64,000 bases of DNA from Ferruginibacter sp. (GCA_047602605.1 JASGGW010000001.1:911619-975618), one strand, 5' to 3'; positions 1 through 11,074 are shown, numbered from the stretch's first letter. A program made the numbers and translations. The notes: generated by a model from the sequence alone, not told the origin.

Positions 1-80
1 CAGGTAAAACCGGTTGGGCATTTTTTAAAATCATAGTCAGAATGCTACTTTAAATTTTGTTATTCAAATTATAATTGGAT

Positions 81-722
81 CTATGACCCTTTGTTATAAG
101 GGACTTTAATAACGATTTTCCTGACAGCGCCTACAGTATCCACCATCATACAAGGCTGATGCGCATCGGAAGGAAAAAAGATCATGAAATTCTCTGGCGA
201 CAGCAAACGCCGGATATAGCTATCCTTTTTGAAAAACTCAATGTCCTGCGTTTCGTCATATGGTTTCAACTGTTGCGCTTCTTCATGTTGTACCGGCGTA
301 ATGAATACATACTCCTTTCCTTTTGAGACCATCTGTATATCGATAAACTTCCGGTGTGCCTCAAATCGTGAAGAGACCCTGGTCTGGTAATCGGCAATGT
401 TGGCATAGGTGCCATCATCCGATAATTCGTACCTGCCGGGCTGCATACTATTAAAATCCGATTCCCTGATAAATTTAAAGGCAGCCTCCCATGATTTTGG
501 GTTCAGCCTGATCTGCTCGGCAAGGCAACGTTTATCAATGCTTGAGTCGGGCCGGAGCGGTAATGTTTTACTCCACGGGGACTGATCAAACCATTCGTTT
601 ATTTTTTTATCGCTCCATTTGCGAATATCATCACGGTTATCGCCGTGGTTGCATGTAGTCATCAGTGTCATAAAAAAAGGAATAGGCAGACAATACAGTC
701 TTATTAATTGAAGTGCTTTCAT
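81..722 (-). CDS. YhcH/YjgK/YiaL (DUF386, NanQ-like) sugar anomerase-family protein with N-terminal extension
   Basis: FEAHRKFIDIQ and FFPSDAHQP..VRKIVIKV motifs; overlaps the GH31 stop by 4 bp. Confidence 0.85.
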   Translation of the reverse strand: MKALQLIRLYCLPIPFFMTLMTTCNHGDNRDDIRKWSDKKINEWFDQSPWSKTLPLRPDSSIDKRCLAEQIRLNPKSWEAAFKFIRESDFNSMQPGRYELSDDGTYANIADYQTRVSSRFEAHRKFIDIQMVSKGKEYVFITPVQHEEAQQLKPYDETQDIEFFKKDSYIRRLLSPENFMIFFPSDAHQPCMMVDTVGAVRKIVIKVPYNKGS

Positions 723-3340
723 AATTCATTATTCAACCGTCTGATGATCAGCTGGCTTTTTTGCGGGCTCAGCCCGATCTTTTTTATTTCGTCAATGAGG
801 TATGGGTAATTACCCTGGAACTGTTTTACTTCTTCTTTGAGCGTTCCCGGTTGGTATTTAATGCGGGTGAGGAAGCTGCCCATTTCGTTGATGCGGGAAG
901 GCAATGCGCCCCCGTCAATCAAAGCCCTTCCTTCTTTAATGAAAGGCATCACTTCATCCAGGGCCATTAACTTACCTTTTAAACCATCAAACAATTGGTA
1001 CATGGCATTCACCTCATCACCGAATTGAATCACCAGCTTTTTATCTGTATCGCCTGCGGGAAGAAATACAGACAGTACAAAATTTTCGTAATCATATTTC
1101 CATTGCAATGCTGTAGTGCCTGCAAAAACCTTGTCAGGAGTTAAAACATTATACACATCAACACGGTATAGCTTTGCTGCTGACCGGTAGTTCAAATCAT
1201 TTCGTTTAACTGTCACTGCAATTGATTTTTTATCCGTCACTTCATACGAGAACAGCGTTTTTGAAAATGTATCATTCCTGTATTGATTGCTGTTCCCATC
1301 GTCTTCGTAATAAACCCCACTGCCTTTTGTGTTCCCGGGAAAGATGCATGCAACCAGTGTATCAGGCTTTTTAGAAAGATTGTATAGCTGCGCATACATA
1401 GGAATGACCGATCCGCTTTTGATGAATACGGGAACCTGGCCCAAAGAATATCCTTTTGTATAAATGGTATTCCCGGAGATTATTTTATGCGTGGCCCAGT
1501 CAAACCATTCTCCTTTTGGCAGCCACACTTTGGATGGGGAAAGATTATTGTCTGACCGTATAGAATCTGCTATGGGTGCAACGATCATATCGTTTCCAAA
1601 ATAATACTGTCCTTTAAATGCATACGCTGCCGAATCATCCGGGTGCCTGTAATACATGGGCAGGCATATTGATTCGCCTGTATCGTATGTGTAACGGGCC
1701 GCCGTGTATATATAAGGCACCAGCCTGTATCGCAGCTGGATAGCATCCCGCATAACCGAGAAATATTTATAAGGGTAGAGCCAAAACCTGCGTTCGGTAT
1801 CGGGTTTCTTTGTGCCATGTGTTCTTAAAACAGGCGTAAATACACCAAACTGTACCCAGCGTGCATACAACTCGGGTGTAAATTCTTTCGTGTACACATG
1901 TCCCCCGATATCATGACTCCAGTAGCTGTAGCCGACATTTGCGGCAGTGGCAGTAAAGTATTTTTCAAAATTCAGCACATTCCAGTTGCTTCTTGAGTCG
2001 CCGGAAAAGCCGATGGGATAACGGTGGTTGCCCAATCCTCCCCACCGGTGAAAAACCATCGGCCGCACGCCGGAGTTTTTTTCCATATCGGTATAAAAGC
2101 AATGGTTGATCCAGTAAACATTGCTTAATCCTTTTATGGGCGTTTCTTTCCACTGCTGCCAGTCGAGCCAGAAGAAATCCACGCCCTGTTTTTCCAATGG
2201 GCGAATGACTTCATTAAAATAGGCTTTGGCAAAACGTTTATTGGTAATATCCCAGGCAATGGTTTTTCCGATGGATTGAATGTTCCAGCCTGCATAAGCT
2301 GCAAATTTTTTGTCGTAGGGAAGATCTTTTGTGGTATCAATGCCCAAAGCCCGTACCATCCTTGAGTAAGGTTCTGTTTCAAATGGCATGATGCCCGAGG
2401 CAGGATGAATGTTCAATGCATTCTTTATACCCTTTTCTTTCATCCATGATAGAAATTTATCAGGGTCAGGAAACAGTTCTTTGTTCCATGTGTATCCTGT
2501 CCAGCCCTGTTTTTGTCCCATCACATCTACAATACCTTTCCAATCTGTCAGTCCATACACTTTATGCCAGTCCATATCCACTACTACCACATCCAATGGA
2601 ATTTTATTGCTTTCCATACCCGTTACCAGGTCTTCCAGCTCATTATCCGAAAAAGCCCAGTACCTGCTCCACCAGTACCCGAATGCATATAAGGGAGGCA
2701 TATTTATTTTGCCCGCCACCCGGGTAAAATCATTCACTGCCTTCGTGTAGTTATTTCCATATCCGAAAAAATAACAGTCCAGCGCCGTCGAATCTTTGCG
2801 GGAAAGCACCCAATTCAATCCGGGGTCGCCATCAAATAAGCTTGTCCGGGAATCATTCACCAGTGTCCATCCGCTCCGGGATACAATTCCTTTCTCCAGC
2901 TGAACTTTGCTGCCATCATCTACCTTATCCAGGGAACTGATTGTTCCCAGCAAATTCAAAGAATCCTCATCGCCCCATTTCCACAGCACCTTTCTGTCAT
3001 TTATAAATAATTCTGCAGAAAGGTTGCCTTTGTTGAACCTTCCTCCTTTGACATGGTACTTCAGCAGCAGCTTGGCTGTTTTTATGGTCAGCCAGCCGCC
3101 CGTTTCTGTTGCCTCGAAAGGAACCTTGGGCAAACGGCGGTTGATAAATGTTAAAGAAGCATGATCCTCGAATTTTTTATCTGCTGCCCATTCCATCCGT
3201 ATCAGCTCCGGGGTTAAAATGGTAAACCTGGCTTTACCTGCTACAACAACCGATGCCGGATCTGCAACGGGGTTGGTTTGCGGGAATGCATGGGAGGCTA
3301 TACATAACAGCAACGTAAACAATACAATATTTTTAACCAT
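719..3340 (-). CDS. Secreted glycoside hydrolase family 31 (alpha-glycosidase)
   Basis: Signal peptide; PLDVVVVDMDWH, FFWLDWQQ, HRYPIGFSGD, WSHDIGGH, YYEDDG motifs. Confidence 0.9.
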   Translation of the reverse strand: MVKNIVLFTLLLCIASHAFPQTNPVADPASVVVAGKARFTILTPELIRMEWAADKKFEDHASLTFINRRLPKVPFEATETGGWLTIKTAKLLLKYHVKGGRFNKGNLSAELFINDRKVLWKWGDEDSLNLLGTISSLDKVDDGSKVQLEKGIVSRSGWTLVNDSRTSLFDGDPGLNWVLSRKDSTALDCYFFGYGNNYTKAVNDFTRVAGKINMPPLYAFGYWWSRYWAFSDNELEDLVTGMESNKIPLDVVVVDMDWHKVYGLTDWKGIVDVMGQKQGWTGYTWNKELFPDPDKFLSWMKEKGIKNALNIHPASGIMPFETEPYSRMVRALGIDTTKDLPYDKKFAAYAGWNIQSIGKTIAWDITNKRFAKAYFNEVIRPLEKQGVDFFWLDWQQWKETPIKGLSNVYWINHCFYTDMEKNSGVRPMVFHRWGGLGNHRYPIGFSGDSRSNWNVLNFEKYFTATAANVGYSYWSHDIGGHVYTKEFTPELYARWVQFGVFTPVLRTHGTKKPDTERRFWLYPYKYFSVMRDAIQLRYRLVPYIYTAARYTYDTGESICLPMYYRHPDDSAAYAFKGQYYFGNDMIVAPIADSIRSDNNLSPSKVWLPKGEWFDWATHKIISGNTIYTKGYSLGQVPVFIKSGSVIPMYAQLYNLSKKPDTLVACIFPGNTKGSGVYYEDDGNSNQYRNDTFSKTLFSYEVTDKKSIAVTVKRNDLNYRSAAKLYRVDVYNVLTPDKVFAGTTALQWKYDYENFVLSVFLPAGDTDKKLVIQFGDEVNAMYQLFDGLKGKLMALDEVMPFIKEGRALIDGGALPSRINEMGSFLTRIKYQPGTLKEEVKQFQGNYPYLIDEIKKIGLSPQKSQLIIRRLNNEL

Positions 3341-3418
3341 ACGAATGAAGAGTGTTCAGTTGAATATTAATATTCATAGGGTACAGGGTTAGCTTTTTAT
3401 TTCCTTACAATAATTCTT

Positions 3419-4630
3419 TTATTTGAGCAGGTACTTAAACGCTTTCGGGGTTTTAGACCTGCTATACTTTTTGATCCGGTGAAATGTTATAAAATTGGTA
3501 TCATGATAATTTGTAGCGCCGCCGTGTTCATCATCGTATGCAGTACGTGATACAAAAACAATGTCTTTTCCTTCAAACTGCCAGTCTACATATTGAAAAC
3601 CGTGGAGGTTCACATCCTCAGTGGCCAATACGATTGATTGGATATTCCATGTCTTTAAATCTTTTGATGATGTAAGGGCTAAGATGCTCCGCATGCCGCC
3701 GGGGCTTTTTTTCAATTTTCTCACTACCGAGGAAGGGTAATTAACCAGCGACCAGTATTTTTTTGTACGGGGGTCCCACATAATATTAAATTTCGTAGCT
3801 CCGCCTATAAAGTCAATCTGCCCCACGCTGGCAGGATCTATTTTACTATCTTCTTCAAGTGAATAATAGCCGGCATGAATACCGATTGGGCTAACTACAC
3901 GTGCAATACCTTTTATTTTATTATCCCTGCCTAAAACGGCATTGGTCTCTAACCAGCCGGTGCCTTCAAGGCTGTCCGGCATTTTTATTGAATTACTGAA
4001 TGTCCATGATTTAGGATCAAGCAGATCATCACTGAGGGAGGCTGACATGATAAATGACCGGTTGTCTGTCATGAACTTTCCTTTCTTATCATGGTAATGC
4101 TGGTCATATCCTTTATACACTCTCCCGTTATGAAAAACAACAGGGGTAGATGAGCCATGATAAAAATACTCGTCTGTTTTCTTCGCCAATACGGAAAGCT
4201 TCTCCCAGGTTTTACCTCTGTCTGCCGAGCGGCTAATGACCATATCCCGCTCAGTTCCATGCATTCCCAGCAGGTAAAGCGTATCTCTTACCACGAATAA
4301 GCCTGCCCAGTGGATAAAGCCCACTTCTGCCAGGAATGCCCATGTTTTTCCTTTATCCTTCGATAAATAAACATGGTGCCCCATCATTCTTGTTTTTGAT
4401 GGGTTGGCTATATCAATGCTATCACCCTTATCTGCTTCGCTGAAAAAATCGTGTGCTGCGATATAGTCCCCGTTTGACATGATCACAATGCTTGGAGAAC
4501 CCACATACACACCGGTTGTTTTCGGAGAATGTATGATCGGTACCCCCGGAACGGTTTTGTACCTGGGGCCATCCTGGGCGTTTATATTGAATGACAGGAG
4601 AAGAAAAAAAGCATATACAATCTTATTCAT
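3419..4630 (-). CDS. Secreted BNR/Asp-box beta-propeller protein (sialidase-like fold), paralog 1
   Basis: Signal peptide; Asp boxes SKDKGKTW, SADRGKTW, SKDLKTW. Confidence 0.75.
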   Translation of the reverse strand: MNKIVYAFFLLLSFNINAQDGPRYKTVPGVPIIHSPKTTGVYVGSPSIVIMSNGDYIAAHDFFSEADKGDSIDIANPSKTRMMGHHVYLSKDKGKTWAFLAEVGFIHWAGLFVVRDTLYLLGMHGTERDMVISRSADRGKTWEKLSVLAKKTDEYFYHGSSTPVVFHNGRVYKGYDQHYHDKKGKFMTDNRSFIMSASLSDDLLDPKSWTFSNSIKMPDSLEGTGWLETNAVLGRDNKIKGIARVVSPIGIHAGYYSLEEDSKIDPASVGQIDFIGGATKFNIMWDPRTKKYWSLVNYPSSVVRKLKKSPGGMRSILALTSSKDLKTWNIQSIVLATEDVNLHGFQYVDWQFEGKDIVFVSRTAYDDEHGGATNYHDTNFITFHRIKKYSRSKTPKAFKYLLK

Positions 4631-4669
4631 AATAATATAGGTTTAGATGCTGTGGCAGCGTTTGAATAT

Positions 4670-5851
4670 TTACTTAGCGAGTAAATATTCAAACGCTTTT
4701 GGTGTTTTAGATTCGCTGTAATTCTCAATACGGTGAAAGCTGATATAATTAGCGTCGTGATAGTTCGCTGCCCCGCCTTCACCATCATCGTATGCGGTAC
4801 GTGATACAAATACAATATCTTTTCCTTCAAACTGCCAGTCTACATACTGCCATGCATGAAAGTTGACATCTTCCGTAGCCAGTACCAGAGATTTTATTTT
4901 CCAGTTTACCAGGTCTTCTGAATAAGTGAGGGCCAGGATACAGCGCATGCCTCCTGAACTTTTTTTGTACTGCCTTAAAACAGTGGCAGGATAGTTTGCC
5001 AGGCTCCAATACTTTTTAGTGCTGGCATCCCACATCACATTAAACTTTGTTGCGCCACCTATAAAGTCAATTTTTCTCACACTGGCCGAGTCTATTCTGG
5101 TATTGCTTTCAAGCGAATAAAAACCGGCATGCATTCCATCCTGGCCGGCCACCCGAACCACCCCTTTTATCTTTCCATCTCTGCCCAGCACCGCATTTGT
5201 TTCCAGCCAGCCGGTACCATCAATACTATCCGGCATGTCTATTGAGTTTGAATATGTCCATGATTTGGGATCCATTAAATTATCGGTAACAGCTGCCGAC
5301 ATGATAAACGACCTGTTATTGGACATCCATTTTCCTTTATCATCGGGATAAAGATGATCGTATCCTTTATATACCCTCCCGTTGGCAAAAACAACAGGGG
5401 TGGAGGAACCATGATATCCATCTTTTTTGCTTTTCCTTTCCTTTAATATGGACAGTGAATCCCAGGTTTTGCCTGAATCATAAGAACGGGTAATAGCGAG
5501 GCCATGATCCACCCCTTCCCTGCCCAGCAGGTAAACCGTATCGTGAATCGCAAACAGGCCTGCCCAATGAATATTATCGACCTGCGCCCGGAACTGCCAG
5601 GTTTTGCCTTTATCCTTCGATAAAAAAACACGGACCAGTCTTCTGGGTTTAATAGGGTCGCCATACATGTCATGAGAGGCAATATAATCCCCGTTCGACA
5701 GGATTATGATGCTTGGCGTGCCCACATGTATACCAGTTGATTTGGGCGCATGTACAATCGGCACACCAGGCACTTTTTCATAGGTAGGCCCATTTTGCGC
5801 ATTGGCCTTAACTGATAGTACCAATAATAAAATACCAATAATATTCTTCAT
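4670..5851 (-). CDS. Secreted BNR/Asp-box beta-propeller protein (sialidase-like fold), paralog 2
   Basis: Asp boxes SKDKGKTW, SYDSGKTW; long blocks identical to paralog 1 (GTGWLETNAVLGRD, QYVDWQFEGKDIVFVSRTAYDD). Confidence 0.75.
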   Translation of the reverse strand: MKNIIGILLLVLSVKANAQNGPTYEKVPGVPIVHAPKSTGIHVGTPSIIILSNGDYIASHDMYGDPIKPRRLVRVFLSKDKGKTWQFRAQVDNIHWAGLFAIHDTVYLLGREGVDHGLAITRSYDSGKTWDSLSILKERKSKKDGYHGSSTPVVFANGRVYKGYDHLYPDDKGKWMSNNRSFIMSAAVTDNLMDPKSWTYSNSIDMPDSIDGTGWLETNAVLGRDGKIKGVVRVAGQDGMHAGFYSLESNTRIDSASVRKIDFIGGATKFNVMWDASTKKYWSLANYPATVLRQYKKSSGGMRCILALTYSEDLVNWKIKSLVLATEDVNFHAWQYVDWQFEGKDIVFVSRTAYDDGEGGAANYHDANYISFHRIENYSESKTPKAFEYLLAK

Positions 5852-5972
5852 AAAAAAAGATGAATGAGTTTAGTTGCCCGGAATAAATTTCCAATACTGT
5901 TGTTTTGCCGCAGCAAAACTTCTTATTAATAATGATCCTTGTATAACAGAAACTGCTGATGAAAATCCTGCT

Positions 5973-7835
5973 TTACCATCCGGGATTTTGCTGCAGTAGT
6001 TTATTAAGGTTTAATTCATATTCGGGAATAGGCAGGTATATGTCCCGTTCCGACACGTTATCGCCGGCCTGGGAAGTATATTGCCTTCCGGAGGAAGCAT
6101 TGAGCCTGATATCGGCTGCGGTTAGCTGCAGCCGGGGTACAAGCTGCCCCCACCTGACCAGGTCCTGTTTGCGTAATGACTCGCCGGCAAGTTCCAGCAT
6201 CCGTTCTTTTTTTATCGCTTCCCTTAAGCTGCTCTTGGAGGCGATGTCTGCCGGTTTCAAATCCGAACTTATTGTCTGCGGATCGGTTAATACTGCTGTG
6301 GCAGTAGCCCCGGAACCGCTCGTACTGGTGAATGATATGGTAGGAGCCGACGTAAAACCTTTGCCATGGCGGGTGATCACCACCTGAGTAACCCTGTTGC
6401 TGGAAACAATGGCAACTGCATCCGCATCCGTGCCGCCACCACCTGAAATGACAACTTTGGGTGGGGTAGTGGAAACATACCCGCTGCCACCATTGGTAAT
6501 GGTTATTCCTTTTAAATAGCTGCCCGTCAATAGTTTTCCGTAAGCTCTTTTTCTTACTTCATTCACTGCATTGACTGCCTGCTGCGAAAGCGGGTTGATT
6601 TCGTTCTCTGCTTCGGCATACATGAGCAATACATCAGAATACCTCAGCAACGGGAAGTTTTGAGAAGTATAGCTCCGGTTTTTAGGTGTTAATGTTTCAA
6701 ATTCCCTTCTCCATTTCCCCATTCCCATATCATAAATATTGGTTACAGCTGTTCTGTTCTTATTCGGGTTGCTTGCAGCTGAACCGTAATCATATAAAAC
6801 ACTTGTCCAGTCCCTTCTTAAATCGGGTGAAAATCTTATGGTATTGGTTCCGCTGGAATCCGTCTCGTAGCTTTTATACAACAGGCCCGTGATCCTGGTG
6901 GTATTATTGCACCACCCGATAGATTCATCTCCTGCATTCGGGCCGCAGAAATACCCGATTTGCCCTGTTTCTACATAAGAGTCGGACCTGTTGCCCCAGA
7001 ACTCCACTTCCCATATGGATTCTTTGACATCGTATTTATCCTGGGCATAATTGATAAATACCTCCTCAAAGCTCGGGTTCAGGGTATGTTCTCCTGATTG
7101 TATTACTTTCAGTGCATAGTCTCTTGCATCCTCATATTTTTCCGTATCGTTCAGCGGGGCTCCTGCCATATGCAAATACACCCTTGCCAATATGCCTCTT
7201 ACGGTTGAAAGGCTTACCCTTCCACCCGATCCTACTCTCGTTGCCGTTTGATCAACCAGTAATGTTTCTGCCTGCTTCATATCGGCAACAATCCGTTCAT
7301 AAACATCCTTCAGGTCCGTACGGGCAATATCAACGTTATTGAAGGAAGTGGTAGGTTCCAGCTTTAATGGCACACCGCCAAAATTTGTTGCTAAAAGAAA
7401 ATAGTAATAGGCCCTCAGGAATAATGCCTCTCCGAGAATTTGTCCCCTGCGGGTTTCATCCATGGTGGGTTTTTCAATATTTGCGATGAGATTGTTTGCC
7501 CTTTCTATCCCGAAGTATAAATAATGCCAAAGGTCTGTGAGACGCAGGTTGGAAGGATTGTGTAAGTACACGCAGACAGATGCAGCTGATCCCGCCGTCT
7601 GGTTACCATTCTTGTATGTTTCATCTGTACCAATAGTCAATTCAACCTGGTACCTGATACTGTAGATTGCATCCCGGCCGAGTATATCATACACACCTGC
7701 CAATGCAGTTTCCATATCTGCCGCCGTATTATAATACCCGTCGGGGCTTACAAAATCAGTGGGCTGTTCTTCCAGGAACTTTTTGCAGCCTGAAAAAAGT
7801 AATAGTGTAATGAATAATATGATTGTATTTCTCAT
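5973..7835 (-). CDS. SusD/RagB lipoprotein with an inserted Gly-rich beta module
   Basis: Lipobox FSGC; GEALFLRAYYYF, LLRYSDVLLMYAEA, ERMLELAGE, C-terminal QNPGW; follows SusC. Confidence 0.93.
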   Translation of the reverse strand: MRNTIILFITLLLFSGCKKFLEEQPTDFVSPDGYYNTAADMETALAGVYDILGRDAIYSIRYQVELTIGTDETYKNGNQTAGSAASVCVYLHNPSNLRLTDLWHYLYFGIERANNLIANIEKPTMDETRRGQILGEALFLRAYYYFLLATNFGGVPLKLEPTTSFNNVDIARTDLKDVYERIVADMKQAETLLVDQTATRVGSGGRVSLSTVRGILARVYLHMAGAPLNDTEKYEDARDYALKVIQSGEHTLNPSFEEVFINYAQDKYDVKESIWEVEFWGNRSDSYVETGQIGYFCGPNAGDESIGWCNNTTRITGLLYKSYETDSSGTNTIRFSPDLRRDWTSVLYDYGSAASNPNKNRTAVTNIYDMGMGKWRREFETLTPKNRSYTSQNFPLLRYSDVLLMYAEAENEINPLSQQAVNAVNEVRKRAYGKLLTGSYLKGITITNGGSGYVSTTPPKVVISGGGGTDADAVAIVSSNRVTQVVITRHGKGFTSAPTISFTSTSGSGATATAVLTDPQTISSDLKPADIASKSSLREAIKKERMLELAGESLRKQDLVRWGQLVPRLQLTAADIRLNASSGRQYTSQAGDNVSERDIYLPIPEYELNLNKLLQQNPGW

Positions 7836-7847
7836 AATGCGTATGTT

Positions 7848-10800
7848 TTAAAATGCAACGTTTAAACCGAAAGTGATTGTTTTAGCTCGTGGATAAGCAG
7901 ACCAGTCATAGCCAGGCGTTAAGGCCGAATGTCTTGTGGAAACTTCAGGATCAACACCTGAATACCCGGTGATGGTAAGTAAGTTTTGAACAGCGCAATA
8001 CACCCGGGCGGTTTTTATATTTATTCTGCGAAGCAGGTTTGACGGCAGGTTATACCCAAATGACACTGTTTTGAGACGCAGATAGGAGCCATCTTCAATA
8101 ATATTCGAATGATAAATAATCGGGGACTTACTGTTGGTCCTGGGAATAGTAGTGTTCTGATTTTCTGCCGACCACCTGTTTACTGTAGAAGCATATAAGT
8201 TAAGGTTGTAAAGATTTAATACGTTCTGCTCGAAATAAAGCCGGTTGGCGTTCAGGATATCGTTGCCATAAGACCATTGCATGAATATGCTCAGATCGAA
8301 ATTTTTAAATTTTATATCATTTAAAAAGCCCCCGGTGTGTTTGGGATTTCCATTACCAATAACAGTGTAATCATCTGAATTGATAGTGCCATCACCGTTT
8401 TGATCAATGAACTTCATGTCCCCGGGTTGCAGGGTATTCCTGGCGATGCCGTTACCGGGAATCTCTGGTTTTAATTCATAGGTTCCATTGGGAAGCAGGT
8501 TAAAATCTTCATACTGATACAGGCCATCGAAAACTGCACCGTAAAACAAACCCATTGGTTCGCCAACTTTCGCAATGTAAGGCGCCAGGTTGCTAAAACC
8601 GCCGCCTAAAGAAACGGACGATAAACGATAGGATTGTCCATCCTGCAGCTTCAATATTTTATTTTTATTGAAACTGATATTGAATGAGGAGTTCCAGCTA
8701 AAATTTTTCGTTTTAATATTCTGCGTTTGCAGCGTCAGTTCTATACCCCGGTTTTGCACGCTTCCTATATTCTGAAAGGCAGAGAGATAGCCTGTAGTAT
8801 AAGGCAAATTAGCATTCAGTAATAGATCATCTGTTCTCTTATCGTAATAATCAAAAGCAAAATTGATACGATCGTTAAACAGGTTAAGATCCAGTCCGGT
8901 ATTGAACTCCGAGTTGCGTTCCCATTTCAGGTCCCCCGTACCGGCGCTCGGATTTAAGGATGCCCCGCTTGAAGGAGTGGAGTTGTTAAAAGAGTACGAT
9001 GCTTCAATGGGGAAATATACTCCTGAATAGGTGGCATATTCATCTACACGGTTGTTTCCTGTAATGCCATAGCTTACTCTTAGTTTCAGGTCTGTCAGCT
9101 GGTCAATGTTTCTAAGAAAACTTTCTTTATTGGCCCGCCAGGCAAATGCCGCAGACGGGAAGTAACCCCACTTATTCTTTCCTTTGAACTTTGACGATCC
9201 ATCTGATCTGAAATTCACTGTCAGTAAATACTTGTCTTTGTAATCATAATTTATCCTGCTTAAAAAAGAAGCCAGGCTCCAGGTTTTGTGATAGGTGCTG
9301 GGGATCAGGGAGGCGCTTGCATCGATACCATCGATACCCAAACTTTCATCCTCGATGAATTCAGCAGTATATCCCGAAACAAATATTTTATTTTGCTGCA
9401 GGGTGAATCCGCCCAGCAGACTGAATTTATGATCCCCCATTTTTTTATTGTACGTCAGCGTATTCTCATTTAACCAGTTTTGATTTTTCTGTTCAAATAC
9501 ACTGCCCGTTGTACCTCTCGATGTAGGATAATTCGGGCTTCCTTTTTGGGTTTTCGAATTATAAAATGATGTCCTGCTGAGAGAATTGCTGGTGATCCCG
9601 CCCCGGATCTTCAATAATAAATTTTTGCCCAGCTTAAAATCTATATACCCGTTTATACCGGAAGTACGCAGGACTCTTTCATTGATTTCATTTTTGGAAG
9701 ATATCACCGGGTTTACCCTGTAGTCATTTGCTGTTTGCTCTAAAACGGCAGGATCGTATAATTCTTCCAGCAGGTTATCATCCTCCGATCCCGAAACAGG
9801 CCTGTAACCCAGGGCGCTGTAAATTTTACTGATACTGGCGGTTCCTCCTGTTTCTTCTGAGACGATGGCGCCGGAAGTTTTAGTCTCTGTATAGGAAGTG
9901 TTCACATACGCTTTAATGCTTTTGTTCAATTGCTGGGCCAACGTAAACTTACCCTGGGCCCGGTTAAAACCGGAGTTGATGATGATACCTTCTGATCGCA
10001 GAATATTGGCAAAAGCGGAATACTGGGTCTCATTGTTGCCACCCCGGAACCCGATATCCGTATTAAAGAATGGGGCGGCCTGGTACAATTCCTTCTGCAT
10101 ACTGTATCCCTTCACATTCTTATAATCATCCAGTATTTTATTTTGCAGATACAAACTTTCAGTGGCTGTTGGATTGAGCTCGTTTTGATACTTCACAAAT
10201 TCATAAGGAGAAAGCATATCCATAAACTTTGTCACTTTTTGCACGCCATAGGAGGAATTAACGCTTATGACGGGTTTTCCCTTCAGCCCTTTTTTGGTGG
10301 TGATAATGATTACCCCATTGGCTCCCCGGGATCCGTAGATCGATGTAGCAGAAGCATCTTTTAATACCTGTACTGATTCAATATCCGAAGGACTGACCGG
10401 CATTTCTTCAAATGATTCCACGGGATAACCGTCAATAACATACAATGGTTCATTGGATTGGGTTAAAGAATTGCCACCCCTGATCACCACCCGGTTAGGA
10501 ACACCGGGTTGTCCATCACTTCCGCTAACGGATACGCCGGCTACCCGTCCGGCCAGCGCCTGGTCAAATGTTGAAACCGGCGCTTTACTCATCTCTTTGA
10601 CATTTACCTGGCCAACGGAGCCGGTCAGATCTTTTTTTCTTACCTCGCCGTAGCCTATCAGCACTACTTCTCCCATTTCCTGTTCTTTTACGGAAAGTTG
10701 AACACTGATAGTGAGGTTGCCGGAAACCACGGTCGTTACTGGTGTGTAGCTGATATGTGAAACATGAAGTGTGTCACCCGGTTTGGCATTGATCCGGAAT

Positions 10801-10994
10801 GAGCCGTTGGCGGCAGACAGGGCTGTAGCTGTAGTGCCCACTACCTTCACCGATACATGCTGAACCGGTTTACCTGTGGAAGCATCGGTGACTTTACCAG
10901 TCACTTCCTGGGCATGTACGAAGGCAGAAAATAAAAGAAATGTGAGCAGGCAAGAAAAATATCCTAAGGAGGACTTGATTAAAGCGGCAGGCAT
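7848..10994 (-). CDS. SusC/RagA TonB-dependent outer-membrane transporter
   Basis: VLKDASATSIYGSRGANGVIIITTKKG, IEDGSYLRLK, C-terminal F; ATG at 10994 preferred over TTG at 11000. Confidence 0.95.
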   Translation of the reverse strand: MPAALIKSSLGYFSCLLTFLLFSAFVHAQEVTGKVTDASTGKPVQHVSVKVVGTTATALSAANGSFRINAKPGDTLHVSHISYTPVTTVVSGNLTISVQLSVKEQEMGEVVLIGYGEVRKKDLTGSVGQVNVKEMSKAPVSTFDQALAGRVAGVSVSGSDGQPGVPNRVVIRGGNSLTQSNEPLYVIDGYPVESFEEMPVSPSDIESVQVLKDASATSIYGSRGANGVIIITTKKGLKGKPVISVNSSYGVQKVTKFMDMLSPYEFVKYQNELNPTATESLYLQNKILDDYKNVKGYSMQKELYQAAPFFNTDIGFRGGNNETQYSAFANILRSEGIIINSGFNRAQGKFTLAQQLNKSIKAYVNTSYTETKTSGAIVSEETGGTASISKIYSALGYRPVSGSEDDNLLEELYDPAVLEQTANDYRVNPVISSKNEINERVLRTSGINGYIDFKLGKNLLLKIRGGITSNSLSRTSFYNSKTQKGSPNYPTSRGTTGSVFEQKNQNWLNENTLTYNKKMGDHKFSLLGGFTLQQNKIFVSGYTAEFIEDESLGIDGIDASASLIPSTYHKTWSLASFLSRINYDYKDKYLLTVNFRSDGSSKFKGKNKWGYFPSAAFAWRANKESFLRNIDQLTDLKLRVSYGITGNNRVDEYATYSGVYFPIEASYSFNNSTPSSGASLNPSAGTGDLKWERNSEFNTGLDLNLFNDRINFAFDYYDKRTDDLLLNANLPYTTGYLSAFQNIGSVQNRGIELTLQTQNIKTKNFSWNSSFNISFNKNKILKLQDGQSYRLSSVSLGGGFSNLAPYIAKVGEPMGLFYGAVFDGLYQYEDFNLLPNGTYELKPEIPGNGIARNTLQPGDMKFIDQNGDGTINSDDYTVIGNGNPKHTGGFLNDIKFKNFDLSIFMQWSYGNDILNANRLYFEQNVLNLYNLNLYASTVNRWSAENQNTTIPRTNSKSPIIYHSNIIEDGSYLRLKTVSFGYNLPSNLLRRINIKTARVYCAVQNLLTITGYSGVDPEVSTRHSALTPGYDWSAYPRAKTITFGLNVAF

Positions 10995-11074
10995 AAGCAA
11001 TCAATTTAAATGATAAAGTGAGATAAAGGTAGAAGATAAGTAAGCCCATAATGTAGCAGTACTTTTCTAATTAT

